A stretch of 63,053 nt of DNA from a virus (lineage: Duplodnaviria > Caudoviricetes): positions 1-63,053 of IMG/VR virus record IMGVR_UViG_3300037076_000066; one strand, written 5' to 3'. The notes beneath the pieces were generated by a model, which worked only from the letters and a program-made list of their open reading frames with translations, had not been told where the DNA came from and did not search any database. This document shows, one piece after another, positions 38,195-48,850 of this stretch (its first letter is position 1; every line of letters begins with the position of its first letter). The position numbers and the translations under genes are program-made.

Positions 38195-39280
38195 TTAAGT
38201 ATCGATTCGTATTTTGAGCAATGCTTCCGAACTAAACGACTTAACTAATGGCCTACTTAATTTTGCAACGGCTATTAATTCGTTACTATCATTATATAAG
38301 CCTACGGTCGTAATATAAGTTTGTGGATTTGTTATAAAGTTTGGATTATAAATATAACCTGCCGGATGAACTCCGTCGGTTCCGTCGTAAGTATATGTAG
38401 GATTATTACTATAATTAAATTCTTTATTTTTTACTCTTATATAATATTGGATGGATGGAATAAATTCGCTACATTGAACGTTCATACTATCAGATGATGC
38501 CACAATAGAATTAAATAATACATAATGGTTTATAGCATAATCATAACTGGCCGGAACAATTGGAGAATATGGATATGTTCCGGATTCAAGCCCAACTAAA
38601 GTATTAATTGCCGATGCATTTAATACGACTATACCCGATGCCGGGAAAAATGTCCCAAGCCCCTCATACGTCGGAGAGGTTGGTGGCGTCGTTAAATTTC
38701 CTTGTATTATTTGATAGGACGTATTTACAGTTGAAACATATTGGGAATCATCTATGAAAGTAAAGGTTCCGTTCGCTCCCACTAAACTAAATTGAAGAGC
38801 ACCAGCATCAACATTATTTTTCATTTTAAATGATGAAAACGAGATCACCCATATATCATTAGCTGCTATGGTTGAACTACCCAATTTCATATAAAATAAT
38901 CCGGAATTAGCCAGTAGGTTGGAGTATTGAGTATAGATAACTTTAGATGGATATGCTCGTATATCTGCAATATCCGATGTAAATGATCCACTTCCCTTAT
39001 TTCCATTTACATTTCCATATGCAATAGAAAAATATGGATCACTATTATTATACTCAGTCGTCGTAGGAAATACATTTAAATAATACATCGTCCGGTGAAC
39101 ATTATATTTACTGTTACTTCCATATGATGGATTTGCGTTTGAGTCGATCAAACCGAGAAAATCAGATACCATCCCAGACTGGACAACTGACATTACATTG
39201 TTGGGCCATATTCCCGTAGAAACTCTAAGAGAACGTCCCGCAACTACGTCAGAATTTTGGTCAAATTTATTGAATATCAT
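38195..39280 (-). CDS. Virion structural protein (tail/baseplate region)
   Basis: KEFNYSNNPT...TYITTVGLYND.NELIAVAKLSRP C-terminal domain. Confidence 0.75.
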   Translation of the reverse strand: MIFNKFDQNSDVVAGRSLRVSTGIWPNNVMSVVQSGMVSDFLGLIDSNANPSYGSNSKYNVHRTMYYLNVFPTTTEYNNSDPYFSIAYGNVNGNKGSGSFTSDIADIRAYPSKVIYTQYSNLLANSGLFYMKLGSSTIAANDIWVISFSSFKMKNNVDAGALQFSLVGANGTFTFIDDSQYVSTVNTSYQIIQGNLTTPPTSPTYEGLGTFFPASGIVVLNASAINTLVGLESGTYPYSPIVPASYDYAINHYVLFNSIVASSDSMNVQCSEFIPSIQYYIRVKNKEFNYSNNPTYTYDGTDGVHPAGYIYNPNFITNPQTYITTVGLYNDSNELIAVAKLSRPLVKSFSSEALLKIRIDT

Positions 39281-39833
39281 AATTAATTGGTTGAACTTTA
39301 GACTTATTGTTTTTTATAAATATATCAATAGGTGTTTCTATGATATTATCAGCAATTTTTCGACACGTTTCGATGAAATAATCACTATTAAAATTTGACT
39401 TCATTTTATTAATATCCTTATCTACCCATTGAATATTATTTTTAATATAACCTAAATTAGAATCTATTCTATCAACCGACGCATTCCCGACTCTGTAGTT
39501 TCGTCCTCGATTGACAAATGACAGCGTTACTCCTGAATACGCACATTTCCCGTTTTGTGTATTATATTTGGAATATAAGTCTTCCATTGAAATAGAACAT
39601 TCTCTGCCATTTGCTTTGGCATGGTTTTGAATATCTGTAATATATCTATAGGGCATTTCTCCAATACCTTTACACATGCCATTTTTAGCACCAAAATTTG
39701 CTTTACCCAAAATCTTCGAACTGCATTTTTTACATAAAGATTTCATGCGATTTGCTCTGGTCTTAGATTTTAGACTATTATAATATATGATTTTATCGCA
39801 ATTTGGGCAGTTTCTGTTATATTTCGTAATCAT
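39267..39833 (-). CDS. Putative HNH-type homing endonuclease
   Basis: RNCPNC; GKCAYSG...SVDRIDSNLGY..NNIQWV...INKMK. Confidence 0.75.
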   Translation of the reverse strand: MITKYNRNCPNCDKIIYYNSLKSKTRANRMKSLCKKCSSKILGKANFGAKNGMCKGIGEMPYRYITDIQNHAKANGRECSISMEDLYSKYNTQNGKCAYSGVTLSFVNRGRNYRVGNASVDRIDSNLGYIKNNIQWVDKDINKMKSNFNSDYFIETCRKIADNIIETPIDIFIKNNKSKVQPINYDIQ

Positions 39834-39835
39834 GA

Positions 39836-40483
39836 TTAATTAGTTGAAGTTGAAGGAACGATGACTGTTATTTCTATGGATATAGATCCGCCCGACTCAT
39901 TTCCAATAATAGTTAAATTGGTTGTAGTCGTAACGCTCAATGTGCTATTCGGAATAAATGCAAATACATTCCCAACGGCAACCTGAGAACTAGCAATGTT
40001 AATATTACCAATAAACGATGGAACTATATTAGATAGGGTATTCGTGGCATTTGCTTGTTGAACGATTAGTGTTCCAACGTTCTTATTTCCTAAAATTGCT
40101 GTGTAGCCCGCCGTTAAATTATAGGATGGTGCAGTTGATGGACTTATCGTAATATTTCCCGTATAATTATTGGGAACGGAGATGCTAGATTGAGCAATTG
40201 TTATTACTGGAATTGACGTAACACCTTGATTCAAAGTTACTAATTTATATTTTAACATTTGAGTTTCATCGGATAATGGTTCAAATATAGGAGTATTTCT
40301 CAGTGCAACATCATAAAATGCGCTACCACCGGGATGAGTTGGGTCGTATAGGGTATAATCTATTTCATCATCGGCCAATGCAAATGAGGTAATATTCAAG
40401 TTTCCATTTTGGGCGAGTAATTCCCTTCCTCTCTGAGTGAGAATTGCGTCAATCGTTATAGTTTGTGAATCTAAAAATGCCAT
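39836..40483 (-). CDS. Virion structural protein
   Basis: IDAILTQRGRELLA...ITSFALADDEIDYTLY. Confidence 0.75.
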   Translation of the reverse strand: MAFLDSQTITIDAILTQRGRELLAQNGNLNITSFALADDEIDYTLYDPTHPGGSAFYDVALRNTPIFEPLSDETQMLKYKLVTLNQGVTSIPVITIAQSSISVPNNYTGNITISPSTAPSYNLTAGYTAILGNKNVGTLIVQQANATNTLSNIVPSFIGNINIASSQVAVGNVFAFIPNSTLSVTTTTNLTIIGNESGGSISIEITVIVPSTSTN

Positions 40484-40535
40484 ATAATAATTTGTTCTTC
40501 TTTATACATATAATCGAATTTCGATTTTTCGTAAA

Positions 40536-42311
40536 TTAGTTCATAATTCCAATCGCATCCTTAATTAATATAAATACTGGGTTTTCGGAATGTTTTAAAG
40601 TATTGATGTCTACACTTGAAGAAATTGTCTCATAAGCGGTCACGACAAACGTGCTACTTGAGACAACACTTGAAGTTATAAGAAGCAAATTGTTTACTTT
40701 AATTGTGAAATTCATCCCAAAGTAGTGACCGGAAACATAATAGTGGTTATTTTTATAAGTTGTATTATCATTTGTAATGGGAATATGTATAGGAAAAACC
40801 CCCATATAAAGATATGATGCCGTTTGTCCGGGCGCAATTCCGCCGCCCGGATCACCACTACTACTTTCATAATAATGCGAAAGAGCGAAAAAATAATTAA
40901 TTTCTGATTTTCTATATATTGTCGATTGGGCACTGTTGAATGACGATTTGTTCGTGAATATATTTTGTTTATGGGAATGGTGATTTCGGGGATATCCACT
41001 AGCAAGTTCAAAATAATCACCATCATCGGGGGATGTAAGATTATAAGATTCGGTATCCGGCACTTTTATATAATCGTATAAATATACCGATGCTGAACTG
41101 TCAATTTTAGAATCGTCGGCAGCAGAATATCTATACTTCTTCCATCGTTTCAATATATGTGCCGATGACGAATACGGAAAATAACTATTTATTACTTTTT
41201 TAGTGATCGGGTCGATATATGATTCAAGTTGAGTATCATCGAGGGAATATGGAATATATCCGATAGATTGATAAGTGACACTATCATTTTTATTGGCTAA
41301 AATATCCAATTCAAAATCATATGGATTATAACCATCTTGTGCCATATACTCGATACTAGAAGTTAATATAAAAGATGCTGATCGGGGCAGATTGATTTCA
41401 TATAATTCAGCGTCTCCCGTGTTTATTGATGCTGTTACTGGTTTAAATGGATATTTCGGACGTTCCAATATAGTTGGGGCGATTAATATACCATCAACTA
41501 CATTTGCCCGTGCCGGTAGCAATTTTTTAATAGAAGAGAATATAGATTTGTTAAAATATAATCTATAAATCGTCATCAATTCACCAAATAATGTAGTTTG
41601 TTGTTTATTTTTCAGACTATCTACATATGATGATTGCAATTGTTTTAAATTCAAATATTGATTATCATACATTGATGATGGGTCTCCAATAGATGACATC
41701 AAATCATAACTTCCCAATTGCCGCACAATATCTTTATTCTTAAAATCTTGGGGATCTAAGAAAAGTCCCAATAAGTTTGAAGATGGCGTTAATTTTTCCG
41801 TGTTTTGTGTTGATGTATTTAGATTATCAAGTCGACAAACAACTTCTTGGTCGATATTATTGACTTTATTCGTATTAAATTGATTGGGTCCGTAAAATGA
41901 TGAATTTATTGTGTTTAAATATTCAACTTCGGTAAATTGATATGGATAAATTCCTAACTTAGTATTTTGGCAAGCCGAGGTATTATATGATGATGTCGTT
42001 GCACCTTCCCATGCATTTGAACTACTTAGATAGGTTGAATAGAGAGAATTAGAATTCGGCCATATTGATGATGAGTTCATATCAAAGGGATAATCAACAC
42101 TCATTCTAAATAATAAATCTTGTTGACTACCCGATTGATTGTTTGAATATGAATTTATATTATTTACATAATCATCAAAGGTTAAGTCGGAAACAGCATT
42201 TTGAAAGATTTCAAGTTTATCAAAGGAGCCGACAAGAGGAGTTGAATTATGAGGTAGGAACCAGCCACCAATGACTATTCTCGTAGTTGGGAGTCCGTCA
42301 AAATTAATCAT
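40536..42311 (-). CDS. Virion structural protein (possible C-terminal half of a split baseplate protein)
   Basis: IGDP, SIFSSIKKLLPARAN...GILIAPTILERPK. Confidence 0.7.
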   Translation of the reverse strand: MINFDGLPTTRIVIGGWFLPHNSTPLVGSFDKLEIFQNAVSDLTFDDYVNNINSYSNNQSGSQQDLLFRMSVDYPFDMNSSSIWPNSNSLYSTYLSSSNAWEGATTSSYNTSACQNTKLGIYPYQFTEVEYLNTINSSFYGPNQFNTNKVNNIDQEVVCRLDNLNTSTQNTEKLTPSSNLLGLFLDPQDFKNKDIVRQLGSYDLMSSIGDPSSMYDNQYLNLKQLQSSYVDSLKNKQQTTLFGELMTIYRLYFNKSIFSSIKKLLPARANVVDGILIAPTILERPKYPFKPVTASINTGDAELYEINLPRSASFILTSSIEYMAQDGYNPYDFELDILANKNDSVTYQSIGYIPYSLDDTQLESYIDPITKKVINSYFPYSSSAHILKRWKKYRYSAADDSKIDSSASVYLYDYIKVPDTESYNLTSPDDGDYFELASGYPRNHHSHKQNIFTNKSSFNSAQSTIYRKSEINYFFALSHYYESSSGDPGGGIAPGQTASYLYMGVFPIHIPITNDNTTYKNNHYYVSGHYFGMNFTIKVNNLLLITSSVVSSSTFVVTAYETISSSVDINTLKHSENPVFILIKDAIGIMN

Positions 42312-42340
42312 ATGTTATTATGTGTGAATTGCACCATCAT
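42308..42340 (-). CDS. Putative leaderless 10-codon uORF (MMVQFTHNNI) coupled to 40536..42311
   Basis: ATG 4 nt after ATATTTATA (42345-42353); its TGA overlaps the downstream ATG (ATGA). Confidence 0.4.
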   Translation of the reverse strand: MMVQFTHNNI

Positions 42341-42376
42341 ACATTATAAATATAAGAAATTATTACAATGGAGGCA

Positions 42377-42940
42377 TCAATTAAAATTCATTAATCCAAC
42401 TGGAAATCTTTCTATGGGTCTTCTTCCCAAATGAGAAACTAATTCCGTAGGACTTTCATCGGGACACCATCCATTAACATCACTCATATTGTAGGCTTTT
42501 AAATTTAATCTTATAATAGATTTAGCCAACTCAATATCTTGATAAATACAATATCCCGTAAACAACGAATCATTTAAAATTTTTTGAACCGATTCTCTCG
42601 TATAAAATTGAAATGCTCCAAACCAAATCCAACCCATATTAGATTTTCTAAAATCGCCCGCAATATCACAATCATTAGGTATAGTTGGAAGACTTTTTAT
42701 TTTAGTATCGGGGTCAATTTTTATTAAACTATCATAATCAGATTCTTCTAAAAATTTACGAAGAAACCTCTTGGTCCATTCGACAGTTGATTTATCTGAA
42801 TTATCAACTTTCCAAACATTACCAAAAGAAATATCCATATCCGTTACAATTCTAAAATTATTTTTAAATCTATCATTAAAGGATTTTACGGAATCTATTT
42901 CAGATTCTCTTGATAAGGTTGTTACGATTAAGGGATTCAT
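42377..42940 (-). CDS. Glycosyltransferase-like protein (GT-A fold, DxD)
   Basis: YDSLIKIDPDT; G...YQDIEL. Confidence 0.55.
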   Translation of the reverse strand: MNPLIVTTLSRESEIDSVKSFNDRFKNNFRIVTDMDISFGNVWKVDNSDKSTVEWTKRFLRKFLEESDYDSLIKIDPDTKIKSLPTIPNDCDIAGDFRKSNMGWIWFGAFQFYTRESVQKILNDSLFTGYCIYQDIELAKSIIRLNLKAYNMSDVNGWCPDESPTELVSHLGRRPIERFPVGLMNFN

Positions 42941-42947
42941 TTTATTA

Positions 42948-45900
42948 TTAATAGTTTATGATAAATGGTAGGGTATATCCATCTGCATATATTGAGATAA
43001 CGTCGCTAAGATTTGCGCCAGGAATTGAACGAGCGTCATCGAGATGATTTATGTTAGTAACAGTTAAAGTTTTATGGGAGTTTGGGTTATTCCATTGGTA
43101 GGGTGTTGCAGACAGAGTGAATGGGAATCCACCGTTAATGGACACTGTGTTCCCATTGGTTACGGTAATATTGTTTATTGTTATTGGCGTCTGCGACGTG
43201 TTCGCTATGTAGAAAGAGTTTGTTGGATACCAGAAACTAGCCTGTGCGGGTGATACGTTTGAACTCCAATACTCAGCATAGAATTCTATCGGTGGATAAG
43301 TATTCACATCGCCCCCCCCACCAGCACTTCCAATATTCCAACTAGCAGTTACAAATGACGTTAGATTTTGAGAACTCTCCGTCACAGATAAGGAAGCGGT
43401 GTATGCTCCGGGATTTAAATATATTAATTGAGCGTCAACGGATGAAGTAGTAAAACTTCCACTGCCATACGTCCAAAGATAATTTAATGTTCCCGTTCCA
43501 TTATAAGTTGACGAATTGGTAAATGATGCGGTTGATGGTGCCGTTGCTGATGAAGTTGTATAAGTGAATAGTGCTGTTAATGTTGGGGGGGGCGTATAAT
43601 AATTTATATAACTAGAACTAATATTTAATAATTCATCACCCGAATTATTTCTCTTAACTACCAAATCATATTGTCTCGGTAATTGATTGAGACTCCCTAT
43701 AAAATTAGAGATATCAAATTTCGGATCTATTTCGTTCTTTCTTATCAACACGCTATATATATTACCATCAAATAAAGAGAATTCTGGACTTTCGAGCTTA
43801 AACTCTTCTTGTCCTTTATATCCCACCCTAAAATATATTGTGCCGGAATTTGAACTATCCGTTCTTGTAAATCCAACGGCCCAATCACCTGATCCTTCCA
43901 TGCTCGACGAGTTTGGATACATGCCACCCGATTGATTTATCGCTCCGAATAATATATTATCATCTCCCTTCGAATAATATTCCGGATCATTAAACCGAAC
44001 TTTAAACATATATGCAGAGGCACTATTTATTCCGTCTAAAGTAAACATATCATTTGGGGCGGATTCGTCCCAAGTATATAGATAAGCCCTTTCATAAAAA
44101 TCACAACTACCCGTTGAAGAATGGACGTATCCACCATACTCTTTAATATTAAGTAAAGATTGGGGAATTCCATAACAGGCCAATAACAAATCAACGGATT
44201 GTTGAGTTCCTTTTGTTTTATAAATTAAAGGTAGATTTTTTAGTATTCTGTTTTCTATAATTTTAATTCGATCTGCCGAACTTATTGCCGTGTAGCTGCC
44301 GGTGAGATTATAATTCAATATATTATCTTCAGATAGTATGTCTGTTATGTCCCAGCCCATTTCTTCTAAGATAGCACTGACCATCTTATTTGATAACATC
44401 GTATCCAATGAATTTCCTGTCATTTTCGCCCCCGGCAAATTCGAAATATATATGTAAATATTATCAAAGAAATGCCCAATCATTGACAAGAATATTATAT
44501 AATCATCGTTATTAATATCTTCCAAAATATATTTGGGGGTATTCTTTATAAGACTATCTCGGTTTTGAATATCATATGCCAAAGCCGAACTCTCTAAATC
44601 TTGAATTTGTGCTGTGTTTGTAAAAACTCCGCTGATAGTATCGTAAATTCCCAAATCAAATAGATAGGATTCATAACCATCAAACGACTCAACAATACTA
44701 TCTAACTGGTCATTCAAGTTCAACAATTCGGTCGTATAGAATGGATAAGTAGTATTATTTAATGCTATATAATCTTGATTCTTCGTATTTAATAAATTGA
44801 TGGTTGAATTTAAACTATCCAATTGTATTTTTTTATTTTTAAATATTTTCAATCGAACTTCTGCCGAAGAAAATATTATGAATTTTGTAAAGTCGGTATA
44901 GTCTATCGTCAATTCCTTTATTTTTTTACTGATACTTATATTTCTATTATCGATTAAACTTGGATTTATATCATTAATAGAATATTTTTCATTTCCCCCA
45001 GATGCCAATATATTTTTATCCTTTATTGAAAAGTCCGGTCCTTTTATAGCATATGTTCGAATGGGATTCGAGTCATTAATCAATACGTTTAATATAATGG
45101 GACTCAATGATATATTTGATACCCAACATGTATCACCCATCGATAAATTTGATGGTAGTGATTCTTTTAGTTTTATGACTAAACTTATACTTCCATCTGA
45201 TTCATTAAATGCCCCACTATTTAATATAGTATATATTTGATTTTGCCCGAAATTCAACCCATTCTTTAATGGTGAGTTATAAATATTATTATATGAACTA
45301 GACAATTTATCGGCTATAACTTGATAATAATATTGCACTATAAAATCATAGAAAAATTTCTTAATGTCAATATAATATGCATCCGTTATAGTATTTGATA
45401 GCTGAGAAACTTTAGAATCTATAACAGAATTTACAATACCTATAAATTCCAAATCAAGATTATCAAATGTAATGGACGATGTCATATTATCCATTATATA
45501 GTTGAAGAAATACGATTTTATTCCTTGAATTCGTGTCGTTATTCCGTTATTATCAACATTCGAATATGAATAAACATCTTCATAAATATTTATGATATAA
45601 TTTATTATGTCCGTATCAGTTTTTAATGATGATAGTCGATTAATCGTTTCTATCGATCCGGTATATTGTGATTTTATTTTATTATAAATTGAATTCGCCG
45701 GAAATGATATGAGACCATCTATATATTGCTGATATATGTCTGATATGAGAACCTGACCAGAATAAAAATTTATAAACTTTTGTGTTGTCAATCCCTGTGG
45801 TAGTAATTTAACTTCGGTCCTACTGGGAGATATCTCTTTTATAACCAACGGAGAAGTTTGGTCTCCGGCCATATTTCTTACGGGGTTATACGTTAAAAGA

Positions 45901-46271
45901 TAACTTCCACTATTATAACTTCCTATCGTGTTTAAATCGCTTGGAGGATTTATTAGCAGGTTGGAATTGTTATAGGTTATAAATCCATTGCTTAATATTA
46001 CATTGGAAAAAGCGATGGGATAATTTAATGAATTTAGATAAGAATTGGATGATGTTACATTACTTGACCCCGTTATAACTCCCCATCCCATTAAGGTTTG
46101 GTCTAAATCCCATATACCAAGCTCAATTATATCGGAATTTGATGTCCCATACCATATATTCGAATTATCCGCCGAAAAATTTAGCAATGCATCGTCGGCA
46201 CTGGATAGATACGACCCACTATTAACCGGAGAGTTTTTACTGGATATAGATTGATATGAAACAAATTGCAT
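42948..46271 (-). CDS. Large virion/baseplate protein with C-terminal PKD and Ig-like domains
   Basis: IKEISPSRTEV, FIIFSSAEVRL, MIGHFFDNIY, NLPLIYKTKGT...CYGIP...IKEYGG; PKD: FTNSS...YLWTYGSG...PGAYTASLSV. Confidence 0.75.
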   Translation of the reverse strand: MQFVSYQSISSKNSPVNSGSYLSSADDALLNFSADNSNIWYGTSNSDIIELGIWDLDQTLMGWGVITGSSNVTSSNSYLNSLNYPIAFSNVILSNGFITYNNSNLLINPPSDLNTIGSYNSGSYLLTYNPVRNMAGDQTSPLVIKEISPSRTEVKLLPQGLTTQKFINFYSGQVLISDIYQQYIDGLISFPANSIYNKIKSQYTGSIETINRLSSLKTDTDIINYIINIYEDVYSYSNVDNNGITTRIQGIKSYFFNYIMDNMTSSITFDNLDLEFIGIVNSVIDSKVSQLSNTITDAYYIDIKKFFYDFIVQYYYQVIADKLSSSYNNIYNSPLKNGLNFGQNQIYTILNSGAFNESDGSISLVIKLKESLPSNLSMGDTCWVSNISLSPIILNVLINDSNPIRTYAIKGPDFSIKDKNILASGGNEKYSINDINPSLIDNRNISISKKIKELTIDYTDFTKFIIFSSAEVRLKIFKNKKIQLDSLNSTINLLNTKNQDYIALNNTTYPFYTTELLNLNDQLDSIVESFDGYESYLFDLGIYDTISGVFTNTAQIQDLESSALAYDIQNRDSLIKNTPKYILEDINNDDYIIFLSMIGHFFDNIYIYISNLPGAKMTGNSLDTMLSNKMVSAILEEMGWDITDILSEDNILNYNLTGSYTAISSADRIKIIENRILKNLPLIYKTKGTQQSVDLLLACYGIPQSLLNIKEYGGYVHSSTGSCDFYERAYLYTWDESAPNDMFTLDGINSASAYMFKVRFNDPEYYSKGDDNILFGAINQSGGMYPNSSSMEGSGDWAVGFTRTDSSNSGTIYFRVGYKGQEEFKLESPEFSLFDGNIYSVLIRKNEIDPKFDISNFIGSLNQLPRQYDLVVKRNNSGDELLNISSSYINYYTPPPTLTALFTYTTSSATAPSTASFTNSSTYNGTGTLNYLWTYGSGSFTTSSVDAQLIYLNPGAYTASLSVTESSQNLTSFVTASWNIGSAGGGGDVNTYPPIEFYAEYWSSNVSPAQASFWYPTNSFYIANTSQTPITINNITVTNGNTVSINGGFPFTLSATPYQWNNPNSHKTLTVTNINHLDDARSIPGANLSDVISIYADGYTLPFIINY

Positions 46272-46272
46272 G

Positions 46273-46731
46273 TTATTTTAATGCTGTATACGGGAATGTT
46301 GTGCTAAAATCTGATGAAGCCACACCTTGCCCAAGTGAAATTCTCAGGCTGATTATAGTTTGTTTAGCCGCCAAAATATCTGCGGCAGTAGTGTTATCCT
46401 GTTGTAAATTAGTAATATCCGTCAATTGTTGTTGTAAGTTGTTATTGTCTGTTATTGACTGTGCTAATTGAGTAGATATATCCTCAATCGAACTCGTTGC
46501 CGCTGTTAATGTCGGCACCGATATGAACTCGGTAAACTCGATAGGATAAAAACTATTAAGTTTAGAGGTTGAATAATTATCATTATTGAGGGGGATTGAT
46601 ACAAAATTCTGATTAAATTCTGATGACTTTGGATTGATCAATAAATTATTACCACCATCAATTTGATAGGTATATGTTCCAGTTTTCTGGAAATTCGCAA
46701 TCTCTGTAGAAAAATCCATATTATCGGACAA
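46273..46731 (-). CDS. Hypothetical protein, baseplate region
   Basis: 152 aa with short coiled coil. Confidence 0.65.
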   Translation of the reverse strand: MSDNMDFSTEIANFQKTGTYTYQIDGGNNLLINPKSSEFNQNFVSIPLNNDNYSTSKLNSFYPIEFTEFISVPTLTAATSSIEDISTQLAQSITDNNNLQQQLTDITNLQQDNTTAADILAAKQTIISLRISLGQGVASSDFSTTFPYTALK

Positions 46732-48841
46732 TTTTAAATTTCTTGCCTGTATCTAAAGTATAAGTATTGGTGGTATCTATAATTTTAATTAATATTTGAT
46801 ACTCTCGTTCAGGAAACAGACAAATAGTATCGAGTTCAAAATAATTTCCAAGTGGATAATCACAATTTATTTGAGTATATTCGTCAAAGTCAACCACCAT
46901 TTCATTTGTTATATTATCTCGTATTCCATAATATGAACTTGTTGGGAGATAATTCGGAGTAGTGTATTGGTCAAATTGATATCCTACATTGAAATTCTTA
47001 GACGGATATTTTTCAGCCGAAGATATATAAATTGTAATTACATTTCCACGTTGATATTGATAATTTAAGTCTTTAACATTTACATTAAATGGGTGGGAAA
47101 TATCTAATTCGGACATTACGCTACTAGTATAATCAATACTGCTGGTATAGGAAAAACTAGATGTATAAATTGATCCACTGAAGGGCAGAACAACTTCCAG
47201 TCCATTGAATAATCCACTCGTAAAAAATCCATCATAAGATGCGCTACCAGAATTATAAAATGACAATTTCCCTATCATATTACCACTCATATAATCACCG
47301 TTTAAATTTGCCGTATAATATGATGAAGTTGATGCTTCCATTGATAAATTTAAAATAGAAAACTTACAATTAGACAACCAAATATTTGGAAAACTACCAC
47401 TGATAATTGCATTTTCAACCATATTATCAACGTAATATGCCGTAAATGACATTCCTTCCCATATACCATCCGTGAATGACGCAGTTATCAAATGGGCATC
47501 AAACATATTTCCACAACTACCCGTTACTCCAACCGAGTCTGCCGAAACTACTCCACTAACTCCTCCTATAAATGGCAAATTTAATATGTTACCACTCAAT
47601 CCAGCTCCGAATACAATTCCACTAGCCGATAAAATCGAGGGATCACTTTGTATTGTTGTATTTAACCCGGCACTTCCAGAAAACGTCCCACTTATAATCG
47701 GAGAAGATAGGAAGTATGATGAAGTCGTTGTAATTCCTGTTATTGATTCGCTTATAAATGATATATTGACACTTGATGTTTCCGTGCTTCCTGTTATAAA
47801 CGAAAAGGAATTCCATCCCATATTTAAATAGGGTGAATATATCGTGTTAGTATTTTCGCTGAAATATGAAATTGTAAATGCCGTTCCAGTTACTTCTGAA
47901 GATGCCATTAGCATAATACCTTCATTTGGAATTTCGCCGGTCAACCATGAAGTTACTATTGCTGTAATATCAATATTTAAATCAGAGGTGGAATATCCAA
48001 AACTTTGAGAGCATATACTCGAAGAATACCACGTTCCACCACCATCAACTGAAGCAGATTCTGTTAATGATATGTTAGAGTGAACTAATGACGAGGAATC
48101 AGCCGTCCAATTCGAAACACCATCTCTAGTTTGCCACGAAACTCCATCACTTGATCCTCCATCCGACAAATACCCAGTCCCCATCGTCCAACTTTGACTC
48201 ACAGCAAATGCATATATGGTATAATTCAAGGGCAATTCTAATTCATCACACACTTTCAAGTTGAGATAAAATGAACTACTCGAAGTTCCGGCATTTACTG
48301 CGGACTGTGAAATAGCAGTTAAATCAAACTTGATAAGGGAACGATATGCAGTTAAATCACTAACAACTACAGTCGATGGATAATCTATGATTCCATACCC
48401 CGTTAACTCCCCAACAACACTCCCACTAAAATTTGAAATTGAACCCGAAAAATATGAATTATAGTCATAGGCAGTTACAGATGAACTTATCATACCAACG
48501 AAGGAACTTGATACTATACTTCCACTGAATATTGTTATAGGATTATTATCGATAGACCCGCTAAAATAGGAAACATTAATACTTGCACTTGTTCCGTATA
48601 CATCACCATCGAAGAAATCTGACTGTCCGATGAGTGATCCGCTGATAGTTCCATAAAATCCGCTAATTGTAATGTTAACATTATCTTCATTATAACTTTG
48701 GCTTGTAAATGGACTTGTAATTGATGAGTATCCGCCCACAGTTCCTACTTTTAAAATTTCAGTCATTCCGAAATTTTTATTCTCGTATCCACTATCATTC
48801 GTTATAAAAGAATCTTGGGTTGGAAAAAAATATTTATTCAT
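46721..48841 (-). CDS. Virion structural protein (DNRLRE-like jelly-roll segments with Ser/Gly-rich inserts)
   Basis: QDSFI...NFG..EIL, RSLIKFDL, SQSWTMGTG, NEGIML...FSENTNTIYSPYL. Confidence 0.7.
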   Translation of the reverse strand: MNKYFFPTQDSFITNDSGYENKNFGMTEILKVGTVGGYSSITSPFTSQSYNEDNVNITISGFYGTISGSLIGQSDFFDGDVYGTSASINVSYFSGSIDNNPITIFSGSIVSSSFVGMISSSVTAYDYNSYFSGSISNFSGSVVGELTGYGIIDYPSTVVVSDLTAYRSLIKFDLTAISQSAVNAGTSSSSFYLNLKVCDELELPLNYTIYAFAVSQSWTMGTGYLSDGGSSDGVSWQTRDGVSNWTADSSSLVHSNISLTESASVDGGGTWYSSSICSQSFGYSTSDLNIDITAIVTSWLTGEIPNEGIMLMASSEVTGTAFTISYFSENTNTIYSPYLNMGWNSFSFITGSTETSSVNISFISESITGITTTSSYFLSSPIISGTFSGSAGLNTTIQSDPSILSASGIVFGAGLSGNILNLPFIGGVSGVVSADSVGVTGSCGNMFDAHLITASFTDGIWEGMSFTAYYVDNMVENAIISGSFPNIWLSNCKFSILNLSMEASTSSYYTANLNGDYMSGNMIGKLSFYNSGSASYDGFFTSGLFNGLEVVLPFSGSIYTSSFSYTSSIDYTSSVMSELDISHPFNVNVKDLNYQYQRGNVITIYISSAEKYPSKNFNVGYQFDQYTTPNYLPTSSYYGIRDNITNEMVVDFDEYTQINCDYPLGNYFELDTICLFPEREYQILIKIIDTTNTYTLDTGKKFKIVR

Positions 48842-48850
48842 TTTGAGTTA

